This document shows, in pieces, positions 37,571 through 45,777 of a stretch of 64,000 bases of DNA (its first letter is position 1; each line of letters begins with the position of its first letter). The DNA is taken from assembly GCF_016903815.1 (NCBI RefSeq), contig NZ_CP069973.1; one strand, given 5' to 3'. The notes under the pieces are model-generated. The model was given only the letters and a program-made list of their open reading frames with translations, was not told the origin of the DNA and ran no database searches. Source of the DNA: Escherichia coli (GTDB lineage Bacteria > Pseudomonadota > Gammaproteobacteria > Enterobacterales > Enterobacteriaceae). The position numbers and the translations under genes are program-made.

Positions 37571-38911
37571 ATGAGCCAGAAAACCCTGTTTACAAAGTCT
37601 GCTCTCGCAGTCGCAGTGGCACTTATCTCCACCCAGGCCTGGTCGGCAGGCTTTCAGTTAAACGAATTTTCTTCCTCTGGCCTGGGCCGGGCTTATTCAG
37701 GGGAAGGTGCAATTGCCGATGATGCAGGTAACGTTAGCCGTAACCCCGCATTGATTACCATGTTTGACCGCCCGACATTTTCTGCGGGTGCGGTTTATAT
37801 TGATCCGGATGTAAATATCAGCGGAACGTCTCCATCTGATCGTAGCCTGAAAGCCGATAACATCGCGCCTACGGCATGGGTTCCGAACATGCACTTTGTT
37901 GCACCGATTAACGACCAATTTGGTTGGGGCGCTTCTATTACCTCTAACTATGGCCTGGCAACAGAGTTTAACGATACTTATGCAGGCGGCTCTGTCGGGG
38001 GTACAACCGACCTTGAAACCATGAACCTGAACTTAAGCGGTGCGTATCGCTTAAATAATGCATGGAGCTTTGGTCTTGGTTTCAACGCCGTCTACGCTCG
38101 CGCGAAGATTGAACGTTTCGCAGGCGATCTGGGGCAGCTGGTTGCCGGTCAGATCATGCAATCTCCTGCCGGGAAGACTCCTCAAGGGCAAGCATTGGCA
38201 GCTACCGCCAACGGTATCGACAGTAATACCAAAATCGCTCATCTGAACGGTAACCAGTGGGGCTTTGGCTGGAACGCCGGTATCCTGTATGAACTGGATA
38301 AAAATAACCGCTATGCACTGACCTACCGTTCTGAAGTGAAAATTGACTTCAAAGGTAACTACAGCAGCGATCTTAATCGTGCGTTTAATAACTACGGTTT
38401 ACCAATACCTACCGCGACAGGTGGCGCAACGCAATCGGGTTATCTGACGCTGAACCTGCCTGAAATGTGGGAAGTGTCGGGTTATAACCGTGTTGATCCG
38501 CAGTGGGCGATTCACTATAGCCTGGCTTACACCAGCTGGAGTCAGTTCCAGCAGCTGAAAGCGACCTCAACGAGTGGCGACACGCTGTTCCAGAAACATG
38601 AAGGCTTTAAAGATGCTTACCGCATCGCGTTGGGAACCACTTATTACTACGATGATAACTGGACCTTCCGTACCGGTATCGCCTTTGATGACAGCCCAGT
38701 TCCGGCACAGAATCGTTCTATCTCCATTCCGGACCAGGACCGTTTCTGGCTGAGTGCAGGTACGACTTACGCATTTAATAAAGATGCTTCAGTCGATGTT
38801 GGTGTTTCTTATATGCACGGTCAGAGCGTGAAAATTAACGAAGGCCCATACCAGTTCGAGTCTGAAGGTAAAGCCTGGCTGTTCGGTACTAACTTTAACT
38901 ACGCGTTCTGA
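37571..38911 (+). CDS. fadL: long-chain fatty acid outer-membrane channel FadL
   Basis: The ATG at 37571 lies 9 nt after GAGG and gives [25 protein letters not shown], a signal peptide. An ATG at 37565 is an alternative. C-terminus ...NFNYAF is an OMP signature. Confidence 0.95.
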   Translation: MSQKTLFTKSALAVAVALISTQAWSAGFQLNEFSSSGLGRAYSGEGAIADDAGNVSRNPALITMFDRPTFSAGAVYIDPDVNISGTSPSDRSLKADNIAPTAWVPNMHFVAPINDQFGWGASITSNYGLATEFNDTYAGGSVGGTTDLETMNLNLSGAYRLNNAWSFGLGFNAVYARAKIERFAGDLGQLVAGQIMQSPAGKTPQGQALAATANGIDSNTKIAHLNGNQWGFGWNAGILYELDKNNRYALTYRSEVKIDFKGNYSSDLNRAFNNYGLPIPTATGGATQSGYLTLNLPEMWEVSGYNRVDPQWAIHYSLAYTSWSQFQQLKATSTSGDTLFQKHEGFKDAYRIALGTTYYYDDNWTFRTGIAFDDSPVPAQNRSISIPDQDRFWLSAGTTYAFNKDASVDVGVSYMHGQSVKINEGPYQFESEGKAWLFGTNFNYAF

Positions 38912-39276
38912 TAACGCGTTCGCCTGGATAAAGTCACCAGCTATGCAGGTGACTTTAACTCCCCCACTTCACCGAAAGTAGTTTCCTCATTGCTTGCCTC
39001 CTGAGTTTTGCAAACAGCCTGATGGCAGCTTGCCCTTTCAAATCAGTAAGTGGTATCCACAGACAAACCTGAAGGGAAACGCATATTTTCAGGCGTTCTG
39101 CTCGTCCTTCTCAAAGAGTTTACTTTTCTGCATTTCCAGGATACTCAACCTCCCTGGCTATTGTGCGCTCATACACTCAAATTAAAGATAGGCTCTAAAT
39201 AAATGAGCGTTTTTTGATAGTCTATTTTATTAGGTAATATATATTTGTAACAAATCAATCAACATGGAATAAAATC

Positions 39277-40524
39277 ATGCTACCATCTATTTCAATCAAC
39301 AATACCAGCGCAGCTTACCCAGAATCCATCAATGAAAATAACAATGATGAAGTTAATGGATTAGTACAAGAGTTCAAAAACCTTTTTAATGGTAAGGAAG
39401 GAATAAGCACCTGTATTAAACATTTGCTTGAGCTTATAAAAAACGCCATGCGAGTAAACGACAATCCTGATAGATTTAATATTAATAATTCCTCAGTTAC
39501 TTATATTAATATTGATTCCAATGATACAGACTATATTACTATTGGTATCGATAACCAAGAACCAATAAAATTACTTGCGAGCTATAAAGACAAAGAACTC
39601 GCCCGTACTATCATTAATGACAACATAGTTGAGAAGACTCATGATGATATAAATAATGCTGAATTTACTGATGGTAGTATCGTTGTTAGTGGTAATGAGG
39701 GTGCTATTGACTCCAATGATACAGCCGATATTACTAGTGGTATCTATAATCAAGAACCAATAAAATCACCTACGAACGATGAAAACAAAAAAGTCGGCCA
39801 AACCATCATCCATGAAAATGTAGTAGAGAATACTCATGATATCAATAACAAGGAAATGATCTTCAGCGCATTAAAAGAAATATATGATGGAGATCCTGGT
39901 TTTATCTTCGATAAGATATCACAAAAACTCAGACATACGATAACGGAATTTGATGAGAATGGGAAAAGCGAACCAACGGACTTATTTACCTGGTACGGTA
40001 AAGATAAAAAAGGCGATTCTCTCGCTATTGTAATTAAAAATAAAAACGGAAATGATTACTTATCTCTCGGTTACTATGATCAGGACGACTACCACATTCA
40101 AAGAGGAATTCGTATTAATGGTGATAGTCTCACCCAATATTGTAGTGAAAAAGCCAGGAATGCTTCAGCGTGGTTTGAAAGCAGTAAAGCTATCATGGCA
40201 GAATCATTTGCAACAGGTTCCGATCATCAGGTTGTAAACGAGCTCAACGGGGAAAGACTGAGAGAGCCAAACGAAGTTTTTAAACGTTTAGGTCGAGCAA
40301 TAAGATATAATTTTCAAGTGGACGATGCAAAATTTAGACGCGATAATGTAAAAGAAATAATTTCTACTTTAGTCGATAACGAAGTTGACCGTTCTCAAAA
40401 TAAATATGACCACTTTAAGGAAATCGAAGATAAAGTTGAAAAAAGGCTTCAAAATCGCCAGGCTAAATATCAAAATGAAATTAATCAACTATCTGCATTG
40501 GGTGTTAATTTTGATGATAATTAA
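39277..40524 (+). CDS. yfdF: YfdF-like protein of unknown function, with an internal diverged tandem duplication
   Basis: 415-aa AT-rich ORF. N- and C-terminal parts match K-12 YfdF as recalled. aa 79-127 and aa 144-191 are diverged copies of one segment. No signal peptide or TM segment is evident. Confidence 0.8.
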   Translation: MLPSISINNTSAAYPESINENNNDEVNGLVQEFKNLFNGKEGISTCIKHLLELIKNAMRVNDNPDRFNINNSSVTYINIDSNDTDYITIGIDNQEPIKLLASYKDKELARTIINDNIVEKTHDDINNAEFTDGSIVVSGNEGAIDSNDTADITSGIYNQEPIKSPTNDENKKVGQTIIHENVVENTHDINNKEMIFSALKEIYDGDPGFIFDKISQKLRHTITEFDENGKSEPTDLFTWYGKDKKGDSLAIVIKNKNGNDYLSLGYYDQDDYHIQRGIRINGDSLTQYCSEKARNASAWFESSKAIMAESFATGSDHQVVNELNGERLREPNEVFKRLGRAIRYNFQVDDAKFRRDNVKEIISTLVDNEVDRSQNKYDHFKEIEDKVEKRLQNRQAKYQNEINQLSALGVNFDDN

Positions 40525-40661
40525 AATTGTCCAGTTTTTTTGATTTTTCAACGTCTGAATATCGGAAACAGACAATGACGAACATCAGTATTTTTACATA
40601 ATTATGTCCAGGTCATTGTCGGTTTATCTTCTTTTACTTGGGGTAATTGAGGGATAACAAC

Positions 40662-40693
40662 AAAAAAGGTGAGTTTTGTGACTCACCTTTTTT
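40662..40693. terminator. bidirectional intrinsic terminator between yfdF and mlaA
   Basis: aaaaaaggtgagt / tttgtg loop / actcacctttttt: a perfect 13-bp stem flanked by an A-run and a T-run, between convergent genes. Confidence 0.85.
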
Positions 40694-40702
40694 ATTTGTT
40701 TC

Positions 40703-41458
40703 TTATTCAGAATCGATATCTTTTAAATCATCCTGAATCGCTTGCGCGTTCGGATTTTCCTGCGGTTTGAGTTCGCCGCCATTAGCGATGAAATCATGAC
40801 GCTGGAAGTACGCTTCGCGCACCATAATATAAGGATCGGACGACTGACGCAGCAGACCATCGGAATCCAACAACTGCGCACGAGTTTCTATCCCTTCAAG
40901 CGTCCATTTACCCACAGACATCGGCCAGGTCAGCCAGGAAAGAACCGGGTAAAGACCATCCGCCATATCACCACCGTCATCACGCAGCGTGAAGCTACCG
41001 TAGAACGGTAACTGAACGTATGGCCCATAACCCACACCATAATGACCAAGCGTACTACCGAAGCGGTGAGGTTCAGTCCGTTGCAGTTTCGGGTTCGCCA
41101 TCCCTGCAACATCAATAAAGCCGCCCATCCCCAAAATGGTGTTCAGGAAAAAGCGGGTAAAGTGGACCATCCCCTGATAAGGGTCGCCCTGCAAGAAGTA
41201 GTTAACCATCACCGCAGGTTCTTCAAGGTTGCCAGTAAAGTTGCTCAAACCGTTACGCGCCGGTTGCGGAACATAATCACGCCAGGCGACAGCGACCGGT
41301 CGAACAATATACGGGTCTAATACATTGAAGTTGAAGTTGTACATGGTGCGGTTGAACCCTTCTAACGGGTCAGAACGCCCTTGCTGATCTGTACCGGAAC
41401 TCGCACACCCCACCAGAAGCGTAGTTCCCAGAGCAAGCGCCGACAGGCGAAGCTTCAT
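40703..41458 (-). CDS. mlaA: outer-membrane lipoprotein MlaA (VacJ)
   Basis: 251 aa with lipobox LLVGC|ASS. Matches VacJ/MlaA as recalled. Confidence 0.95.
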   Translation of the reverse strand: MKLRLSALALGTTLLVGCASSGTDQQGRSDPLEGFNRTMYNFNFNVLDPYIVRPVAVAWRDYVPQPARNGLSNFTGNLEEPAVMVNYFLQGDPYQGMVHFTRFFLNTILGMGGFIDVAGMANPKLQRTEPHRFGSTLGHYGVGYGPYVQLPFYGSFTLRDDGGDMADGLYPVLSWLTWPMSVGKWTLEGIETRAQLLDSDGLLRQSSDPYIMVREAYFQRHDFIANGGELKPQENPNAQAIQDDLKDIDSE

Positions 41459-41751
41459 AAATGTCTCCCTGTTTTTTTATGGCTTATGCAGTTTGCCATC
41501 CATGACGGAACGATACCGTATCCGCCTGTTTAGGTGTGGGCGATTGTAACAGCACGTCAACTGATGTCCAGACGCCCTGATTTGCTGATTTGATCATAGC
41601 CTGGTAATCGCCGCCCTGTAGGCTACTTGATTCTATAGAAACAGAAAAAGGCAAACGCGGCCTTTTCTACATTTTCAGAGTAACTCCCGCCAGTTGCGAG
41701 CAAAAAAGCCGCTACGCTTTAGCTATACGTGCTAATTCAAGAGAAGAGACC

Positions 41752-42684
41752 ATGGACAACGACAAAATTGATCAACACAGCGACGAAATTGAAGTTGAGA
41801 GCGAAGAAAAAGAGCGCGGCAAAAAAATAGAAATAGATGAAGACCGACTCCCCTCCCGGGCGATGGCAATTCATGAGCATATCCGCCAGGATGGTGAAAA
41901 AGAGCTGGAACGCGACGCAATGGCACTACTGTGGTCAGCCATTGCGGCGGGTCTGTCGATGGGCGCTTCGCTACTGGCAAAAGGGATATTTCATGTCGAA
42001 CTGGAAGGCGTGCCGGGCAGCTTCTTGCTGGAGAATCTCGGTTATACCTTTGGTTTTATTATCGTCATTATGGCCCGCCAGCAATTATTTACCGAAAACA
42101 CCGTGACTGCGGTACTACCCGTCATGCAAAAACCGACAATGAGCAACGTTGGCTTACTTATGCGGTTATGGGGCGTCGTGCTGCTGGGTAATATTCTCGG
42201 GACAGGTATTGCGGCGTGGGCATTTGAATATATGCCAATCTTCAATGAAGAAACTCGCGATGCATTTGTCAAAATCGGCATGGATGTGATGAAGAACACC
42301 CCCAGCGAGATGTTTGCCAACGCGATCATTTCCGGCTGGCTGATCGCCACTATGGTATGGATGTTTCCTGCAGCGGGTGCGGCAAAGATTGTGGTGATTA
42401 TATTGATGACCTGGCTTATTGCCCTGGGTGACACCACTCACATCGTTGTCGGTTCTGTTGAAATCCTCTATCTGGTGTTTAACGGTACGCTGCACTGGAG
42501 CGATTTCATCTGGCCCTTCGCACTACCTACTTTAGCGGGGAACATCTGCGGCGGCACCTTTATCTTCGCGTTAATGAGTCATGCACAGATCCGCAACGAC
42601 ATGAGCAACAAGCGCAAAGCAGAAGCACGCCAAAAAGCAGAACGTGCGGAAAACATTAAGAAAAATGATAAAAACCCGGCATAA
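41752..42684 (+). CDS. yfdC: formate/nitrite transporter-family inner-membrane protein YfdC
   Basis: 310-aa ORF with an acidic N-terminus followed by about 6 TM segments. Position immediately upstream of argW, as in K-12. Confidence 0.9.
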   Translation: MDNDKIDQHSDEIEVESEEKERGKKIEIDEDRLPSRAMAIHEHIRQDGEKELERDAMALLWSAIAAGLSMGASLLAKGIFHVELEGVPGSFLLENLGYTFGFIIVIMARQQLFTENTVTAVLPVMQKPTMSNVGLLMRLWGVVLLGNILGTGIAAWAFEYMPIFNEETRDAFVKIGMDVMKNTPSEMFANAIISGWLIATMVWMFPAAGAAKIVVIILMTWLIALGDTTHIVVGSVEILYLVFNGTLHWSDFIWPFALPTLAGNICGGTFIFALMSHAQIRNDMSNKRKAEARQKAERAENIKKNDKNPA

Positions 42685-42759
42685 ATGGCGAGGGTTTAAG
42701 CAATCGAGCGGCAGCGTACTTACCCCGCAGTCCATTAGCGGGTATACTCATGCCGCATT

Positions 42760-42834
42760 GTCCTCTTAGTTAAATGGATATAACGAGCCCCTCCTAAGGG
42801 CTAATTGCAGGTTCGATTCCTGCAGGGGACACCA
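42760..42834 (+). tRNA. argW: tRNA-Arg (anticodon CCU)
   Basis: 75 nt. Acceptor stem GTCCTCT pairs with AGGGGAC. The anticodon loop is ctCCTaa. T-arm is GCAGG-TTCGATT-CCTGC. The 3' end is an encoded ACCA. Confidence 0.95.
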
Positions 42835-42995
42835 TTTATCAGTTCGCTCCCATCCGTACCAGTCCGCAAAATCCCCTAAATATCAAGCCTTCCGTAGATT
42901 AACAGTTCGTCATGGTTCGCGTCAGATCGTTGACAGCCGCACTCCATGACGGGTAAAAAGTGGATAAAATAATTTTACCCACCGGATTTTTACCC

Positions 42996-44153
42996 ATGCT
43001 CACCGTTAAGCAGATTGAAGCAGCAAAGCCGAAAGAAAAACCATACCGCCTACTCGATGGTAATGGCCTGTACCTTTATGTCCCTGTGTCAGGGAAAAAG
43101 GTATGGCAGCTTCGCTACAAGATTGACGGTAAGGAGAAAATCCTGACTGTCGGAAAATATCCGCTTATGACTTTGCAGGAGGCAAGGGATAAGGCATGGA
43201 CTGCGAGGAAAGACATCTCGGTTGGCATCGATCCGGTAAAAGCGAAAAAGGCTTCGTCTAACAACAATTCCTTTAGTGTGATTTACAAGGAATGGTATGA
43301 GCACAAGAAGCAAGTCTGGTCAGTAGGCTATGCAACTGAACTTGCAAAAATGTTTGATGACGACATTTTACCTATCATCGGCGGCCTTGAAATTCAGGAT
43401 ATTGAGCCTATGCAACTGCTGGAAGTAATCCGCAGGTTTGAAGATCGCGGTGCAATGGAGCGAGCCAACAAAGCACGCAGAAGGTGCGGCGAGGTTTTCC
43501 GTTACGCTATTGTCACCGGCAGGGCTAAATATAACCCGGCACCTGACCTTGCTGACGCCATGAAGGGATACCGCAAGAAGAACTTCCCGTTTCTTCCAGC
43601 AGACCAGATCCCGGCATTCAACAAAGCACTTGCAACATTTTCAGGAAGTATCGTATCGCTCATTGCGACCAAAGTTTTACGCTACACAGCCCTAAGAACG
43701 AAAGAGCTTCGTTCCATGCAATGGAAGAACGTCGATTTTGAAAACAGGATTATCACCATCGACGCCAATGTGATGAAGGGACGCAAAATTCATGTGGTCC
43801 CGATGTCAGACCAGGTGGTTGAACTTCTCACTACGCTAAGCTCAATCACCAAACCAGTCTCAGAGTTTGTTTTTGCCGGGCGCAACGATAAGAAGAAGCC
43901 AATCTGCGAGAACGCGGTATTGCTTGTGATCAAACAAATCGGCTATGAAGGTCTGGAAAGCGGTCACGGATTCAGGCATGAATTCAGCACAATTATGAAC
44001 GAGCACGAATGGCCTGCTGACGCTATTGAAGTGCAGCTGGCACATGCCAACGGCGGATCTGTGCGCGGTATTTACAACCATGCTCAGTATCTCGATAAGC
44101 GCAGAGAAATGATGCAGTGGTGGGCGGACTGGCTTGATGAAAAGGTGGAGTGA
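42996..44153 (+). CDS. intS: prophage tyrosine integrase (IntS-like)
   Basis: The ATG at 42996 gives MLTVKQIEAAKPKEKPYRLLDGNGLYLYV (385 aa), essentially the K-12 CPS-53 IntS as recalled. Catalytic motifs RYTALRTKELRS, HGFRHEF and RGIYNHAQY are present. Confidence 0.93.
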   Translation: MLTVKQIEAAKPKEKPYRLLDGNGLYLYVPVSGKKVWQLRYKIDGKEKILTVGKYPLMTLQEARDKAWTARKDISVGIDPVKAKKASSNNNSFSVIYKEWYEHKKQVWSVGYATELAKMFDDDILPIIGGLEIQDIEPMQLLEVIRRFEDRGAMERANKARRRCGEVFRYAIVTGRAKYNPAPDLADAMKGYRKKNFPFLPADQIPAFNKALATFSGSIVSLIATKVLRYTALRTKELRSMQWKNVDFENRIITIDANVMKGRKIHVVPMSDQVVELLTTLSSITKPVSEFVFAGRNDKKKPICENAVLLVIKQIGYEGLESGHGFRHEFSTIMNEHEWPADAIEVQLAHANGGSVRGIYNHAQYLDKRREMMQWWADWLDEKVE

Positions 44154-44177
44154 ACCACCTTAACCACTATCGAAGAG

Positions 44178-44222
44178 CACAAAACCTTGCAATCAAGTGC
44201 AAAGCTTTGTGTGTTATTTTTT
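44178..44222 (+). terminator. putative intrinsic terminator of int
   Basis: Imperfect 14-bp stem cacaaaaccttgca/tgcaaagctttgtg (12/14 pairs) followed by a T6 run (44217-44222). Confidence 0.55.
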
Positions 44223-44269
44223 ATGGCTATATAAATTATATACTGCCAGTGCTATCTAACATTTAAATA

Positions 44270-44926
44270 TTATGAACTATAATAAGTCCTAATCTTTACA
44301 GATGAAAGCATAATCTTCCAAGCTTGATCGCTACCCAACCACTCATCGTTGGTTGGTTCATTATCACCAGATACTACATAAGTATCTGGCATATCAAAGT
44401 CTATATTGCAAAGGTCTTCTCCTTTGCGCTCCTTAAAAATAAGAAGATCTATTTTTGTTGTTGGGAATTTTTTATCCAAAACACTTCTCAGTTTATACAC
44501 AGCATCTCGTTCTGCATTCAATCTAACGAGTAAAACACGTTCCGACTCATTGATTTTCTCTATAAATCTTTTTCTTCTCGCCTTTATTTTTTTCATCATA
44601 TTAAACAAGCAGACTTCAATACCTTGTTTTTCATAGTCATCAATAAGAATATCGTGAATACTTCGAAATCCAGTCGCTGTATCTGTGATATCAATACAAT
44701 TTTTAAATCTGCCATTAATTTTTATATTTTCAGGCAAGAAAAGGTGGTCGCACCCCTTATTAATTATTTTTGTAACTTGAGGTAGTTTTTGAGAGGCAAA
44801 CCAATCAAATGGTCCACTAAATGTCCTCAACCCAAATCGCTTTAACCTTCCTGCTGGTTGACATTTTTTACCAAGGCTTGCTATAAAATCATACTCTCCA
44901 CAAGGAAGAAAAAGGCCTTTATTCAT
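44270..44926 (-). CDS. moron gene 1: cytoplasmic DUF1796-like (putative papain-fold) protein, function unknown
   Basis: The ATG at 44926 follows AAGGA and gives MNKGLFLPCGEYDFIASLGKKCQPAGRLKRFGLRTFSGPFDWF (218 aa). The SLGxxC...GLRxxSxPFDW pattern is what I recall for Pfam DUF1796. No signal peptide. About 33% G+C. Confidence 0.6.
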   Translation of the reverse strand: MNKGLFLPCGEYDFIASLGKKCQPAGRLKRFGLRTFSGPFDWFASQKLPQVTKIINKGCDHLFLPENIKINGRFKNCIDITDTATGFRSIHDILIDDYEKQGIEVCLFNMMKKIKARRKRFIEKINESERVLLVRLNAERDAVYKLRSVLDKKFPTTKIDLLIFKERKGEDLCNIDFDMPDTYVVSGDNEPTNDEWLGSDQAWKIMLSSVKIRTYYSS

Positions 44927-45043
44927 ATGATTTTCCTTACATTTTATGACGACAAAAATCATAACATTGCCTTATTAATCAGTCAAACAGTTAACAAATG
45001 CAAACAAACAAGTAAGCACATTGTTGATAATTTGTTTATTTTT

Positions 45044-45658
45044 ATGTTTTTGTTATCTATACCATTTTTTTCATTTGCTTCTGATACAAACAAAACGCCA
45101 CCATATCGCATGAGGGAGTCGATGTTTGAGTTATTAAAGGAGCAAAGGGATATTGTTATGCTTGGCGATAGCATAACCGCGCGAGGAGAGTGGAATGAGC
45201 TTCTTCCTAGTTTATCTGTAGCAAATAGGGGCATTGGGGGAGATGAAGTTAAATTTATGAAAAGAAGGATTGATTCTATATTTTTATTAAAGCCCAAATA
45301 TGTATTCATTATGGGCGGAACAAATGATTTCAGAAGAAAAAGAAGTGTTGATGATGTGGTTCGTGACTATAAGCATATAATAAAAAAACTACACAAACAC
45401 AGAATTAATGTATTCATTCAGTCCACCCTTTACGTGTCAAGAGAAAGCAGGTTAAATGACAACATAAAAATATTAAAATTAAACAATGCAATAAATAACT
45501 ATTGCTCTGTATCTAATTATTGTCGTTTCGTAGATCTTAACGTGCACATGGCAAAAGATAGAAAAATACTAGCTAAGTATAGCGATGATGGAGTCCATCT
45601 AAATGGTAATGGGTATTTAATGTGGGCGTCAATCATATACCCTTTAATTAAAAAATAA
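45044..45658 (+). CDS. moron gene 2: exported SGNH/GDSL-family hydrolase (esterase/acyl-transfer fold)
   Basis: All four SGNH blocks are present: I MLGDSITARGEW, II NRGIGGD, III GGTNDF, V DDGVHLNGNGY. The N-terminal hydrophobic segment (NL)FIFMFLLSIPFFSFA|SD is a signal peptide or signal anchor. The start is ambiguous: ATG at 45044, or ATG at 44927, which adds 39 aa. Confidence 0.75.
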   Translation: MFLLSIPFFSFASDTNKTPPYRMRESMFELLKEQRDIVMLGDSITARGEWNELLPSLSVANRGIGGDEVKFMKRRIDSIFLLKPKYVFIMGGTNDFRRKRSVDDVVRDYKHIIKKLHKHRINVFIQSTLYVSRESRLNDNIKILKLNNAINNYCSVSNYCRFVDLNVHMAKDRKILAKYSDDGVHLNGNGYLMWASIIYPLIKK

Positions 45659-45665
45659 GAATAGT

Positions 45666-45696
45666 AAAAAACCATCTCATTATGAGGTGGTTTTTT
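45666..45696. terminator. bidirectional intrinsic terminator between the SGNH gene and the tailspike gene
   Basis: aaaaaaccatctc / 5-nt loop / gaggtggtttttt: a 13-bp stem with one G-U pair, an A-run 5' and a T-run 3', between convergent genes. Confidence 0.8.
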
Positions 45697-45777
45697 ATAT
45701 AGAATAAAGCAATAGAGGTTTATTTTATTTGTTTATCATGGCTTAATGCACTAGTACTTTAATTGAAAAAACTATAT

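Noticed and set aside
38994-39185. 63-aa ORF in the fadL-yfdF spacer
   Set aside because: It has no convincing ribosome-binding site and no recognisable motifs, and it is only marginally above the ORF-track length cutoff. It is probably non-coding spacer.
41641-41670. Weak hairpin plus T-tract (aaaaggc...gcctttt) about 90 nt upstream of yfdC that could mark a small RNA or leader attenuator
   Set aside because: The stem has only three G-C pairs and there is no identifiable promoter or conserved structure. The evidence is insufficient from sequence alone.
44858-45043. Long N-terminal extension of the SGNH hydrolase ORF (TTG at 44858), overlapping the divergent gene by about 70-105 nt
   Set aside because: It starts at a TTG inside the opposite gene, and the added residues are low-complexity with no function. 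The ATG at 45044 is more plausible, with the ATG at 44927 as the alternative. The back-to-back CATATG at 44924-44929 leaves the 44927 option open, so the uncertainty is noted in the feature.
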